DNA of 63,735 nt, filler included, from Collodictyon triciliatum (lineage: Eukaryota), in NCBI GenBank assembly GCA_043381765.1. It is 11 parts of 11 records of this genome, joined end to end, with 100 filler letters (N's around TTAATTAATTAA, not from the genome) between each part and the next. Parts side by side here need not be neighbours in the genome. Positions count along the whole stretch, not along the records: positions 23,246 to 28,951 come from JBHJMP010005006.1; positions 29,052 to 34,732 come from JBHJMP010005007.1; positions 34,833 to 40,537 come from JBHJMP010005008.1; positions 40,638 to 46,340 come from JBHJMP010005009.1; 7 more parts are not named here. One strand, written 5' to 3'. The notes under the pieces were generated by a model that saw nothing but the letters and a program-made list of their open reading frames with translations, was not told where the DNA came from and made no database searches. Positions 26,437-42,853 of the stretch are shown piece by piece. Made by a program: the position numbers and the translations under genes. The first letter of the stretch is position 1. The number at the start of each line of letters is the position of its first letter.

Positions 26437-28524
26437 ATGCAGACTTTTTCTGAATCATTGTGTTATTTTGTTGTTCCTCTAAACTCTGTCTCTCTGTGCG
26501 ATCACCTCATTTATTCGCATCGTGAGTATGTACGATATTGAATAGATCAGCCTTTTAGATTCTTTTCTTGCAAACAAACAAACAAACAAACAAACAAACA
26601 AACAAACAAACAAACAAACAAACAAACAAACAAACAAACAAACAAACAAACAAACAAACCTTGCAATTACTGGACATTAAGCAGTCCGTGTAATCCAACT
26701 ACCAACATATTTGTTTATTCCGCCCTTGAAGTCTACTATTTACCAACTATTCGTATGGGAAGGAGGCATTGGGGTATCTGCGAAACAACCACTTAGTAGG
26801 ACTCCTTTATGTCTTTGGATGCCGAGGAAAGTCAGTATGACAGAATTATATTTGCTGTCAGACCGGATCAGTACCAGAGTTTCCACGTGAGTGAAAGCGT
26901 CTAACAGTTTGTGAAAGTATCTCCAATGACTCATTTTTTCTTTCTTTCTTTCCCATTTAAATAAAGAATAAAAATGTAAAGGTTGGATAAGCCATATATT
27001 GAAGGAATAATATCTGGTTATTTTCACTCTTTGTTCTGAATGTGCCGAATTAGTATATATCGAGTCCAAAGTACTCTGAAAATATGTTACGAGATGTAAA
27101 CCTTGATGTGAGCTGTGATGGATGCTTATGTGAAGAAGTTTGCGGGTAAGATGACATTCATTTAATCACACATACTTACATATACCAATATATTATGTTC
27201 TTTTCACGTTTTCGTTTATTCCCAGGTTATAGTATTATTTCCAGCCTAAATGTCTCTTGACCATATTACTCACCAAAAATTAAGGCAAGACTGTCATTGT
27301 GGAGTCAATGGCTTAGTTTTTGACGAGTGCTCGTCATCCTGTCTGTGTAAAAGCTCTTGTCCTAACAGACTGCTCCAAAACGATACTATTTGCCAGCTGC
27401 AGGTTGGAGTTTTCTTTTATCTAGTGTTTCTATTTTTTCATCGATATCATGCATATACCATAATATAATAGAGCTTTTTTTTTTGTATTTATATAAGCTT
27501 TTATCTTCCCTATTTCATCATAGATACCACACTTTCATGAAAATATTATCTTTTCGCTGCTTTTCGATTGCCCTAAAAATATTGATGGAATATACCTCGA
27601 TTTCTGATAAGGTTCGCTTTACTCATAGATTTATGATACAGAGCACATTGGTATTGGTATGAGGACTTTAAATTTTATACCAAAAGGATCGTTTGTGTGT
27701 GAATATGTTGGAGAATATCTTACTATCGAGGAAGCTTTGGTCAGATCTGAAGGTAGTGCGTCAAATTTCATGGAAATTTTAAGTATGTTGTCTTTTGTTA
27801 TTATCCTATATATTTATTTTCTATCATTTTTTATAGTAGCTAGAAATTCTTGTTATTGTTGAATTACCTAAATTACGTGTAATAGTTTCTTTTTTTTTTT
27901 TATCCTAACAGATTCGTATGATACCAGCTACATGATGACTGTCGATGCTCACGATGACTCAGAACTATCATTTGTGTATTTTTTTCTTTTCGTTGATGTA
28001 GTTCCGTCACTGTATTTTATCTTCATGGAAGTCCCCTTGAATCAAATAGAGGGATTTTTTTTTTATTGTTGACCATTATCGTATTTTTTTTGATTTGTTA
28101 TTACAATAATTTAATTATATGGGTAGCATCGATGCCAAATCATTTGGGAACATAGGTCGATTTGTCAACCATTCCTGCACTCCCAATCTTGTCACAAAAC
28201 AGGTTTGTTCTCATCCGATTCATGTATCATCTCAAAATTATGTGTCTTTATTTTTCCTATAGACGCCGAAGTGTCATTTTAAGCAATTTAATGTAATAGC
28301 ATTACATCGAGGGCTTCCCTATTCCCAGAATAGGGTTCTTTGCAAGTAGAGATATAAAAAAGGATGAGCCAGTAACTTGGAGCTACATCGGCAATCACAA
28401 ACGCGAATTACCACATGCAGTTTCTGAGAGATACATCGATTGCAAATGTTATGAACCTAACTGTATCAAGTACCTTCCATTGATATGCTCAAGAAATCCT
28501 TCACTCGCTGACCATACTAAATAA
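26437..28524 (+). CDS. Pre-SET/SET/post-SET histone lysine methyltransferase (Suv39/DIM-5/SETMAR-like)
   Basis: Spliced: NYSYGKE..GCLCEEVCGQDCHC..ECSSSCLCKSSCPNRLLQ..GIGMRTLNFIPKGSFVCEYVGE..IDAKSFGNIGRFVNHSCTPNL..IGFFASRDIKKDEPVTWSY..CKCYEPNC. Confidence 0.9.
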
Positions 28525-28951
28525 TTCCTATAATCCATCAAAATTCCTTTAAATGGATACCAAATAACCCGATGCCATCTAGTCTCCCTTCTTTTCCTCT
28601 GCTATAAAAATTGTCCAATGGCATATTCCTCTTTTAACCGTCTGTTGCTTTATTAAGGCCTCTGATGAGGACTGGCTTTATACTTTTAATTTAATGAACA
28701 CGCGCGGTACATTTGCAGATGATTCTATTTCCTCTCATCCAGACTCATATGACGAGAAAAACATGCATAAAGAGGCGCTTTTAATTGGGTCTCTTTTATA
28801 CTAATAGAAGCCATATTTGGGGAAAGCAGACATACCTCTCGCCATTCTCTCACTCACTCACTCACTCACTCACTCACTCACTCACTCACTCACTCACTCA
28901 CTCACTCACTCACTCACTCACTCACTCACTCACTCACTCACTCACTCACTC

Positions 28952-29051
28952 NNNNNNNNNNNNNNNNNNNNNNNNNNNNNNNNNNNNNNNNNNNNTTAAT
29001 TAATTAANNNNNNNNNNNNNNNNNNNNNNNNNNNNNNNNNNNNNNNNNNNN
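28952..29051. other. Artificial contig linker
   Basis: N44-TTAATTAATTAA-N44. Confidence 0.99.
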
Positions 29052-29115
29052 AAAAATAAATTAGTTAAAAACCTTTTTTAATTCTTCTTTTTTTTTTTTT
29101 TTTTTTTTTTGATAG

Positions 29116-31348
<2,233 letters not shown>

Positions 31349-31387
31349 GTAACTTTAATTGAGTTTTATGGACAGGCGATGCAATAG

Positions 31388-31810
31388 TTTATTCCTTTAT
31401 TCCTTTATTCCTTTATTCCTTTATTCCTTTATTCCTTTATTCCTTTATTCCTTTATTCCTTTATTCCTTTATTCCTTTATTCTTTTATTCTTTTATTCCT
31501 TTATTCTTTTATTCCTTTATTCTTTTATTCTTTTATTCTTTTATTCTTTATTCTTTTATTCTTTTATTCTTTTATTCTTTTATTCTTTTATTCTTTATTC
31601 TTTATTCTTTTATTCGTTTGTTCGTTTGTTCGTTTATTCGTTTGTTCGATTATTCGTTTGTTCGATTATTCGTTTATTCATTTATTCGTTTATTCGTTTA
31701 TTCCTGTATTCTTTTATTCTTTTATTCCTTTATTCCTTTATTCCTTTATTCCTTTATTCCTTTATTCTTTTATTCATTTATTTCTTTATTTCTTTATTTC
31801 TTTATTTCTT
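31388..31810 (+). repeat. Compound microsatellite (TTTATTCC/TTTATTCT/TTCG)n
   Basis: Seen directly; lies between the CHD and RGP1 exons. Confidence 0.95.
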
Positions 31811-31844
31811 TATAACGTTATTAATTTATTTTTTTTTGTTCCAG

Positions 31845-34266
31845 CCGACAAATGAAACAACCGATGAAAATGACTCTGATGTGTGTGAATCTGTCAGTGC
31901 AAGGGCTGTGCCAGTGTTGTGGGTTGCTGCGCAGATAGCCGGCCATTATCGTGTTCAAAGGCATTTGGTGAGTTTAAAGTCTCTGCCGCCGCCCAACCGA
32001 AGGGCTTCTACAAAAGTTCTTCATACACAAAAAGGAAAGACAGCTCTGCCAAACTTGTATGAGGAGCTAGGTAGTATCGTTGCATTTATATCCTTTTGCC
32101 TATGTTTGAAACATGTCGGGGAGATTCCAATCATGTAAATATTCAGAAAATGAATGGGGGAAAAGGGGAACAGGAACGGTTCATATACTCTCCATTATAA
32201 CTAAAAGTTGGTTAGGTGATGATTCTAGATGCATATTTTTGTCCCCGCCAATCATCGTAGATGCAGACTTCAGCGTTAATCAAGGGCAAATGCCAATACG
32301 ATGTAATTCCGTTCATTCTCAAAATTTTTTTGATGCACATCCGATTTACATTTTCATGGATTAATTGTATTCAATCACCATTAGATCAAATAGAGGGTCG
32401 ACTTCCTCCATTTATCCCGCCCTCATACCGAAGCTCAAACATGCGAATCATATATCAAGTATTGTTAACATGTATATCCTCATCTTTTATCCCAGTTTAT
32501 AATTTTACGAAACGAATAGAACTTTTCAGTGATTTCCTGTTGATGTAAGATACATATTACTGTTCGAATAAAGGGAATAAAAAGACACATATTACTGAAT
32601 TACTGACCAAAACCTTAGTTTATAGTCGGGGTTCAACTATTCACACAGAAAATAGAATTATATTCCACTAATTTTCGTGTTCTCCCGGGAGGTCACCCAA
32701 ATTTAAAATATAAATAATATTTTATTCTTGTTTTATTTGGTTTTTTTTAAAAAAAAAAACGTAGGAAAATTAAAGCTAATTTGAAAAAAAATGTAACGAT
32801 AATAGTCCAATTATGCACCCCTTTTCCACGAGAATTAAAAGACTATGATTATCGCCTAACATCCTCCAAAGTCCCATGGAGTAAACCAGTTGGTTGGTTA
32901 CTTAATATTAGAATTTTTGTTTAAAATGAAACTGATTAAGTTACCAGTATTTAATCGAATAATGGAAAATTGTATTAATTCCGAATCTTCGTCTACATTA
33001 TCCATGTACAGATGTTCGGCTATATCTATCTGATGCTGACTTAAATACCACTAATTATTGCAAATAAATTAGATGATCTCATCTCCTTTCAAGTAACCAG
33101 AGAAAGTCAGAGAGCGAAGGCAACTGAAGATGAAATCAAGAAAATGATCCGGAGGAATAGGGTGTCTTGTAATAAAGTTTTTTCTCCTTTATTTGATTAC
33201 CAGCTTTTCTGATATGAAGTGAAAAGAATTCTACGAATTATTAAAGTTTTTTTTACCAGAGTACACAACAACGTATTTTGACCCTTAATTTTATTTCATC
33301 CCAAAGCTATCTACAGTATCGGTCACTCGCAGTCGACCCTAGCCAAGTGCACTATAGCCAAGGAACATTATCGACTTGGAGAATCGGTCACTGGAACTAT
33401 TGATTTCACGAACTCCACAGCTTCGTGTCTTCAGGTGTTTACCAAAGTTATATAACCTTTATATATTAAGGTTGTGATTCGGGTCATGATCAAGTCTTTT
33501 AATCTTTTTGCATTCCTGGGCGTACCTTATCTGGACGAGGATGATGTAGACCATCCGGAACTATATATAATTACAATTATATAGCGATTGACCCATTGTT
33601 GTAATTAGGTCACAGTTGAACTGATATCAGAAGAAAACTTGAACCCTGGGATGGTTCTTCCTGGGAGGCCGAAACAAACGAGGACATCTGTTTTCTCAAA
33701 ATCTGAAATTGTTGTGCATACAAAACAGTCCTTTTTTTCATTCATCATACCAGCAAGCTCGTGTCCATCATTTGCCTCAGAAATGAGTAAATACTAAAAT
33801 CATATCGCAGTTTCATCAAAAAAAAAAAAAGATTTTTTTTTACCAGAATAAAAGGGAAGGGAAATAGTTGGAAATATAGCAGATATTTTAATCTACTTTT
33901 TTTTTTAAAAAAAATACTAATTTATGAAACGACTACCCAGTGCTGAACTATGAAAAAAAAAACACAGTTTATAATAATCAAATTGTATTCTCTATAGTAT
34001 CTCTAAGATGGCTTCTTCGTGTGGTGTTCTTCATTTGCTCGGATCCAGCTTCCGCAGCGCAGTTCAAGGCGAGACCAGATATCATCCTGCAGCACCTGCC
34101 AGACACAAAAATCGAAGCGGTCGAGTGGGAACTGCCTATAAGCATCTACGGCTGTCGTGATGCTGCAGAGGGATTTTCCTTTATGTTGAGACATAGAGAC
34201 ATGGTGAATGAGTCCGTTGACGAATGGTCATCATCACCTCATGTATCGCGCGCAGTGGCTTCGTGA
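31845..34266 (+). CDS. RGP1: RGP1 (Ric1-Rgp1 Rab6/Ypt6 GEF subunit), N-terminus missing
   Basis: LWVAAQIAGH, IFLSPPII, LPPFIPPSYRS..IIYQ, YRLGESVTGTIDF..CLQV, FSFIIP..CPSFASEMISLRWLL..F, WELPISIY are RGP1 blocks in the expected order. Confidence 0.82.
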
Positions 34267-34732
34267 AACAGGCCGGGTGGATTGGCACTCGAAAAAAAAA
34301 ATAGAATAATAAAGGAAAGGCCATGGATTCTCACATTTCTAGTGCCGCGCTTTTTTGTACTTTATTTCTTTTCTTGGTTCATTTCTTGATTCTTTTCGTC
34401 AGAGCCGCAAAATCGTAGGAAAACACTTGCAGCAGCGACACATATAAAACCGCAAACCCGACAAGGAATCGTAGCACACGGATTATGAGCTCATCGGTGA
34501 GTCTGCAGCTAGTTTATCTTTTGTATCCCAACATAGAAAGTGCGCGCAAAGTCACTTGCGTTTTGTTTTTTTTTATTGTTTTTTATTGTTTTTTTATTGT
34601 TTTTTTATTGTTTTTTTATTGTTTTTTTATTGTTTTTTTATTGTTTTTTTATTGTTTTTTATTGTTTTTTATTGTTTTTTATTGTTTTTTATTGTTTTTT
34701 ATTGTTTTTTATTGTTTTTTATTGTTTTTTAT

Positions 34733-34832
34733 NNNNNNNNNNNNNNNNNNNNNNNNNNNNNNNNNNNNNNNNNNNNTTAATTAATTAANNNNNNNNNNNN
34801 NNNNNNNNNNNNNNNNNNNNNNNNNNNNNNNN
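34733..34832. other. Artificial contig linker
   Basis: N44-TTAATTAATTAA-N44. Confidence 0.99.
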
Positions 34833-34887
34833 TGATGTATTCTTTTTTGCTCATTTACTCACTCATTTGTTTGGTTGGTTGGTTGTC

Positions 34888-34983
<96 letters not shown>

Positions 34984-35069
34984 TATGCTATTGCATGTGT
35001 ATGTGTGTAGTTTTCAACTGCGTTTACCTTGTGGAGCTTGTCTGCAGGCTGAAATATTCTCAGTCACAG

Positions 35070-36114
35070 ATGGCAGCAGATGACTACATACCTGACTCAC
35101 ACTTTACAATCTGTGAGGAGGAGGACGACGACAGCGAAGGACCCGTCACTGTGGACCTGCAAAGTAGGTCTTTTCTTTCAAATTATATAGTATAAAAGAG
35201 TTCAAAAATGCATGGAAAAGAATCATAAATAAAAAAGAAAATATACCGAAAACTATAGGAAATTGTAAGAAAAGAAAATAGAAAAGAAAAAGTAAAGATA
35301 TAATAATATATCCCCACTGTTTTCCTCTCAATTTTTTGGAAACACTAAACTACATAAGCGCAAGGTCTCATTAATCAAATTTCTATTAAAGCATTTAAAA
35401 CAAAAAAAAAATATGAAATTTTAAAGGTATTTCTATTTTTCCCTTGACCTGATGAAACGTGTTTTTAATATCAGCGGAGACATTCCAAAAAAAGAGTGTC
35501 CATGAGAAGGAATACCAACTCGCAAAATACTGCCAGGAAATTCGACTCGATATTCAATCGTCTTTCTTACCGCGTGGCTCTCAAAAGCTCACGCATGAAT
35601 ATGACCCTAATTCAGGTTTTCTTTTTCTTTTTCTTTTTCTGGTTTCATTTTGGTTGTTTTTTTCTAACGGAACTTATTTTGAGCGACTGATAATTATTTC
35701 ACTGAACCTTTTTTTTTTCTATTCACATACTTGAATTATTCACATATTACCTATCCATGAACGAATGCAGAATATGATGGTCATGATCAACCATCACCGT
35801 CGAGCCCAGAGCCTCCTCCATCGCCATCTCGATTAGACCCCATACTGCTATCAAAGTACCCAAAATATTAATTTGATATTTGTAGAGCATCCTTTATTAC
35901 TAGATTTACGGGTGATTCTGAATATTAAAATAGAAAATAGAAACGAAAAGAATTTGAGCTATTTTTTTTTATTATTATTGATTTAGACTAGAAGAGCTGA
36001 GAAATGAACTAGCGGACCCTCTGCCCGACCTGGATGTTATACGTGATGCTTGCAAATCCATACCAATAACACCAGCACTACGACCCTTCATATGGATGGT
36101 AAATAAATGAATAC

Positions 36115-36206
<92 letters not shown>

Positions 36207-39200
36207 CTCTTCTATTTGATGGCTGTTATTATAAGCAAAAGTATCATGTTTCTCTATTCAAAATGGTGTATTTTTCTAATGTCTCAAAATTTTCTGTTAA
36301 GATATTATATTGGGAATCAAATAATGTGTTTTTATACATGCGTCCATCATAAATGCAGATACTGCTTGGGCTTCGTGCAGATCAGCGTGTGGAAAATGTT
36401 GGCTGTTATGAAGGTGACCAAAAGGAGTCTGACATGGACACCACACAATTTTCTCAATCTGCTTTGGATTGGGCCAAAGAGCATGAATCCTGTCCATCAA
36501 TCGATAAACTTTGTACCCTAGTAACACATCTTTCCACCAAGAAGGACCTGCCCTGTTCTTCTGTTCTTGGTAGAGTTGGGGCTTTGTTTCTCTCTGTCTT
36601 TGAGCCTTTCCACCAAAAGAATCGTAAAGAGTCGATCGCTTCTTCACCAGCAATACCCCAGCACGTCGAATCTCCAGACACACAAAAATCGGAGTTTCAT
36701 GAGCCTAGCACTGGAGAAGATTCTACCCCTTCCAATAAAACCCCTCTTGGCCCAAGTGAAAATCCAATCGACTCTGAGATGCCAAGACGCGATTACACAG
36801 TCGAGGAATCCAAGTCCGTGAAGATTGCGGACGTTTCAAATACTGTACCGCCTCTTCTTATGGACCAAGACATACCTGCAGAGTATCAACCACCAAAGCC
36901 CTCGACTCTTTCTCGTCCAGTTTTCTATCCACCAAGGATATCGACCCAGACTAATCACGGTGCTTCTGCCGATGTGCAACCAGCCTCTTCTCAGTCTATT
37001 ACTCAGAGGCATAGCTCGAGTCCATCTGCTTCTGCTCCGCTCACTGATACATCTGAAAGTGAGGCTCTGAGCCAATTCATCGGGATAACATCAAACTCGA
37101 TATATACATTCATGTGGAAGTACATGCCACTGATATTACTGTCGCAGAATAATGTAATTCAAGAGTCCACAAGCCTCCTCTCTCGTCTTCTTGGATTCTA
37201 CCATGACCCTTTACTCTGTGCTTACCTTGAGCAAAGAAAAGTGCCTATTGAAAAGATCACGCATCCATGGGTTGCAGACCTCTTCTCATCGTCTTCCAGT
37301 ATCTCGTCTTTAGTCAGTTTATGGGACTATGTTCTTGTCGAAGACAACATCGCCATCCCATACTACATAAGTCTGATTCACATCATCCGGCATCGGACTG
37401 CCCTGCTCCAAAAAAACCGGCAAGAGTTGGAGGAATGGCAAAAAGAAAATGAAATACTGTTTGAAAAGAAGAAAACCGTCGAGTTTTACATGAAACTTGC
37501 CAGAAAAATGGACGCCTCAACTCCTGTCAGTTTTCGCAGGTATCTTAAAAAGATTTTTTCCAGTCCCGACTCGGAGGATGCTTCACGTGTGTTGCAAACG
37601 TTACGCGGCTATGCGTGTTTGCCAATAGATGCAAATGAAGTAACAAAACAGGTACATATTTATGCAGTATATATTGGCTTCATTTTTGTCCCCTTTTTTC
37701 CCGAAAAGATATTTTACGATATATCTAAAACTATTGCGCATTATAAGAGCTCCACAATCCGGTACTTTATCGTCGATTGCAGAACTAAACCAGAATATGA
37801 CTGTGGCCACCTACCGACCGCTTTCTTCTTCGACACAGATATTGCGCTCAAGGTGAAATAAGTGCATCTTTAAAGAGAAAACCGAATGGCAAATATTTAG
37901 GGAAAGTTTTCTGTGTGGCTGCGTTGATTGCATATTTTCCATCAATACTTGATTTTCGTACTATTCCTAATCGCACATATTATGAACATTATTTTTTTTT
38001 AAATTAATAAAGGATCAGAAGCAACTGAAGATAACCCTGGAAGGGTTTAAACAAATGATACGAACCGATCATATCACTCTATACGCCACCGGAGACCTCG
38101 CTCATGACACAAATCTGAATACAGTTTCCTTTCTTTTACTTTTACTTGTTCATTCATTGGATCAATTGCCTCGATACACCCATGACTTTTTTTTTTATAA
38201 AAAAGACATCGATTGTTCATTGATGTATTCATCTTTAGATCGTATTTCAATTTCTAGCTAATGGATTTGTTCGTGTGAGTGTTGTAGACGGCGGTTTTAA
38301 AGGTATGCAGTCTTTCGGCATATTATTTGTTTTTATTTATTTATCTTTATGATGATAGTTCCTTCACATCACCTATTCATCAATGAGCCTGCAGAAAATT
38401 AATTCTATTTATTTAACAACTTTAGGCATTCATGAACTCTTTGAAATCAATCAAATTGATATCATCCACCACAACTCATCATTGTGCAAAACATGCGTCG
38501 AAAAAAGAAAACCATCCCAAGTCAGGCGTCTCTCTGTGAGTGCATAAAAAAAGCTACATCTATCCGCAATATAACTCTAATATGCGACAGTTATGACGCT
38601 CAAACTACCAAATATATTATTAGAGTGGTTTCCAAAATTTTATGAACGCTACAACCAGTTTGAGTTCTGCAATGGGAAATAGTCTGGTTAGCGGATTCTT
38701 TGGTATGAAAAGCAAGATGCTTGAAGGAGCGCGAGGTATCGTATTGAGGAGGATATGTATCATCAAAATATATGATTTTGCTTCTCCTTTTTTTTCTATG
38801 CTATTTTCAAGGCAAATCCCTATTTAATTGGGTTTACGTTGCACGTAGCTGAGGCGCCTTCAGAGTATATTGAAAATATTGAAATTCCTGAAGACGAAGA
38901 GAACATTTGCTTCATCGGTCGCTCTGTTCCAGTAATGTCTCAATATTATGATCATGATTATGATGATTATGATTATTATTGTTATGATGATTATGGTGAT
39001 GATTATGATTATGATTATGATTATGATTGTTGAATATATCATGTTTTTATGTATGTGATTGTGTCTGCTCCTCATTTAACTCCACTTGATTAGACGGATA
39101 GGTTAGCTGAACGTGGAATCGGTGAAGTTTTTGAGGGATTCTTTGTGCCAACCTTTGGAAAGGAAGAACCAAGGTATTACCGAAGGAGACAACCAATGGG

Positions 39201-40055
39201 CTGCAACTAACGACAACCCTATCTCTATTTATATATCTCTACATCACTTATTATAAAAGGAAATGAATAAATAAATAAGTAAATAAATAAATAAAAGGTT
39301 CCCTCAGAAATGGAGAGGAAAGAAATCGAACCAACTCTATCGAAATAAACACTTATTCGTTTCACATGTTAAGATATTCTAACCTTATAAAGAAGCTCTT
39401 GAGAGAAATACTATCAACAGAGCCACTTCATTCTTACCAATCGCTTTTCTCAAAAATCCTAAGGTTTATAGTTCTAACCCAGAAATCGATGATTATCAGT
39501 CTCCTTCCTCACCCATCGTGTAAAGGCCGCGGAATAGGTATTTTCAATAATTAATCGTACAAGTTGACAGTTGATAGATATCAAACAAAAAAAAAAAAAC
39601 TACAGAACTCATGAGCCTCTCTCTCTCATGTAGTTGAATCAGCCCATGATATTTCAGCGATTGAAGCACTTGGAACAAACCCTAAGAACAATACGATTGT
39701 AATGCTCACATTTCGGGTCAATACCACTGTGATACAACGGGAAACATCGGTCAAGGTTGGTTTTATTTTCCTTTGAAAATATCAATTACCTGAGTTTATT
39801 TTTTATTTGTTTATTTTGGAAAAAAGGACACATGTAATCGGGTGAACGAGAAAAAAATATGTTTGTATAAATCTAAGAGCCCACAAATCGTATCTTTAGA
39901 TAAAGCAAAATATATTTGGGTATCAGACCGCTTTCTATGCCGTTTTTTCTGATTGTTTGCCTTTTGTTACCTAGTACGTCTATCGCATTCCTGACGCGCA
40001 TGACTTTATCCTTGGAATCAAATATCACCGAAAGAGAATGAAGTCAGATCTATAA
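35070..40055 (+). CDS. TBC1D23: TBC1D23-like protein (TBC domain - rhodanese domain - C-terminal PH-like domain), multi-exon
   Basis: DLDVIRDAC..ALRPFIWM|ILLG, RLLGFYHDPLLCAYL, WVADLF..LWD (TBC); FIVDCRTKPEYDCGHLPTAF and VSVVDGGF (rhodanese); C-terminal PH-like exons; stop at 40053-40055. Start codon uncertain. Confidence 0.82.
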
Positions 40056-40537
40056 ACCTCTTTATCATTTCTACTACCATGCATGGGATAATACTAAAAT
40101 GAAAAGATCAAAAGAAAATAAAGTGATAATAAAAATTGAGAAAGGAATGATAAAGTTCTCGCAGTTACTTAATTACCAAATAGCGGACACTGACATATAT
40201 CACTACATTTACATATGACCATGTGAATCTTTGGAGGAAGAAAAAAGAATTTGTTTTATTGCAGAAGCAAATCATCATCAATACATCCCCCTGCGCAGCG
40301 ACCGTGGTGTTAAATGATTGAAATGATGATATAGTGGGCCCTATTGTTTCGTGCCGTTTCACTTTCCTTCTTTTTTTATTCTTTTTATTCTTGTATTCTT
40401 GTATTCTTCTTTTTATTCTTTTTTATTCTTTTTTATTCTTTTTTATTCTTTTTTTATTCTTTTTTATTCTTTTTTATTCTTTTTTTATTCTTTTTTTATT
40501 CTTTTTTTATTCTTTTTTTATTCTTTTTTTATTCTTT

Positions 40538-40637
40538 NNNNNNNNNNNNNNNNNNNNNNNNNNNNNNNNNNNNNNNNNNNNTTAATTAATTAANNNNNNN
40601 NNNNNNNNNNNNNNNNNNNNNNNNNNNNNNNNNNNNN
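40538..40637. other. Artificial contig linker
   Basis: N44-TTAATTAATTAA-N44. Confidence 0.99.
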
Positions 40638-40796
40638 TTTTTTTGTTTTATTTTTTTGTTTTATTTTTTTGTTTTATTTTTTTGTTTTATTTTTTTGTTT
40701 TATTTTTTTGTTTTATTTTTTTGTTTTATTTTTATTCGTTTCTGACATCTGTATTTCATTTGGATACCTTTATGGAAAAAATGGCATCATTTATAG

Positions 40797-42277
40797 GGCG
40801 AGAAGATTGTTGTTCCGTATGAATATCTTGTATGTGCTACTGGCTGCAGTTACAAACAGTCAGCACTTCATAGTGATATTGTTGTCGATGACATGTCAGC
40901 TCATGGGATGGCTGCTGCTGCTTCGAAACTGAGAGCAGCTTCGAATGTTTTAATTATTGGTGGCGGCCTCGTTGGGGTAGAACTCGCTGCAGAGATTAAG
41001 CGCGTGTACGGAGGTATATTACATTAAAAACATCGCACTTGTCCATCTTATATGATATAGTCCATCTTTTGCTTTTAGATTGTATAATGACACAATGTCT
41101 ACCAAATCTTGTCCAAAACAAAAAAATATATATCTTTACTAACACAGTTTCTCTTGTCTGGTGCAACTAGATAACAAGGATGTCAAAGTGGTTAATTCTG
41201 AAAGGGTCATCCTGCACCGATTAGATGCCAACGTTGGTCAATACGCAGAGGCATATTTGAATGAAACTTATAAAAACATATCATTCATGTGCAATCGGCG
41301 CGTTGTGTCTGTTAACAGCTTCAATGAATTTACTACAGACCAAGGTGACACCATCAAGGTTTGAAGAAGAACCATCAATATATGTTTGTAATCATAAAGC
41401 TGATATAAATTATCTTTATATATGTATATATTATTGTCAGACCTACATTAATAAGAGGCCATATGTAGGCTGATGTGGCATTTTTCTGTGCGGGCGGGCG
41501 GCCGAATACATCATATTTTTCTCCTCATTACGCTTCCAGACTGACCGACAAAAGGTTCGATATTTAATTTCAAAGTCCGGAAAATATCATGTTTATTTAT
41601 TTTTCTTCCTTTATTCGATTCAAGGGAAGGGAGGGTTAGGAAAATATCATGTCTTACAAAATTATACTAAAATATTTGATCGTCAGGATATAATTATCCT
41701 TTTTCATTTTTTTCATACATGCAGATTCGTTCGTGTCAATAGACATTTCCAAATGGAAGGAGAGACGAGAATTTTTGTAGCTGGGGACATTGCCTCGGTT
41801 AAGGAAGAAAAAATGGCTGCTAATGCACGGGCTCATGCAATCGTAGTTGCTGAAAATATCAGTCGCATTTCTCAGGGGCGGTATGGCTCTGTCCAATATC
41901 TACCTCTGCTTTAATCGTGTCTTTTTTTTTTTTTCCTTTTTTTTCCTTTATTCGATTCAAAGAATCGTGTCTTTTTTTTTAAAAAAAAAAAAAAAGAAAA
42001 AGGAAAAGGACAAGGAAAAGGAAAAGGGTTCCTTATAACCATACTTTACACAGTTTAGTTATTCGTGACTTTCAATGTATAATTGGGTTCTGTTTTCAGG
42101 ACGGACCTAGTTTCCTACCAACCGACAGAGAAGCCAGCCCAGATGATTTTGGCCGTCGGGAATGTCGGTGTCTTTGTTCAAAATGGGATTGGCCGCATTT
42201 TCGGCCGCATTCCTATGGCCGTGAAGAATATCTATGAGCGTGCACTCTTAATCTATCAATGTAATACGGCTTGGTAG
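40797..42277 (+). CDS. AIFM2/AMID/FSP1-like FAD/NAD(P)H oxidoreductase (5'-partial)
   Basis: PYEYLVCATG, VLIIGGGLVGVELAAEI, ADVAFFCAGGRPNT, VRVNRHFQ..IFVAGDIA..EEKMAANA. Confidence 0.88.
41579..41652 (-). mobile_element. LINE 3'-end stub with 14-bp TSD (intronic)
   Basis: GGAAAATATCATGT direct repeats flank ..TTCCTTTATTCGATTCAAG.. Confidence 0.8.
41913..41980 (-). mobile_element. LINE 3'-end stub with ~18-bp TSD (intronic)
   Basis: AATCGTGTC(T)9 direct repeats flank ..TTCCTTTATTCGATTCAAAG. Confidence 0.8.
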
Positions 42278-42853
42278 ATTGGGCCGTGCATCCCTCTCAG
42301 GGTCTCACCCGCCAAAATGGCTTCCACTATGTTACCAACACGGAGGCTGTAGGAAATGAAATCCACGCCAAATCCCTGGATACTCATGCCAGTTGTTTCC
42401 GTACTTGAAATAGAGTCCACTCATAGCGCCCTTATATTTCCTGATTCTGTCTTTTCTCTTCTCATTCATTTTTTTTCTTGCTGTTTGCCCAATTCACGAC
42501 TCTGACTGTTGTGACACTTAAAGAGGATAAAAGAATAACTAATTCCTTGTGATGAGAATTCGAATCATTTGCTTCCTTTGCTTATTTTTTTTTTTTTTAT
42601 TCGCCATACACACCATATCGCCCGTTATATAACATGCTATATTTCTATACATCTTTCTATGGATGAGCAATCAGCGGTTCAAGAAGAAATTCAATTATTA
42701 TTGTTATTTTTTCAAGAAAAAAATTTTGCCTTAATTTATAATTAGTGAGCGCTCTGATGGAATCATAGGACAAAGAATCCACCAACAAGGGACATTTATT
42801 ACTTTCATATCCCGTTGAACGCCAGCGAGGTTGTAGCCACCACATAGTTTTCG

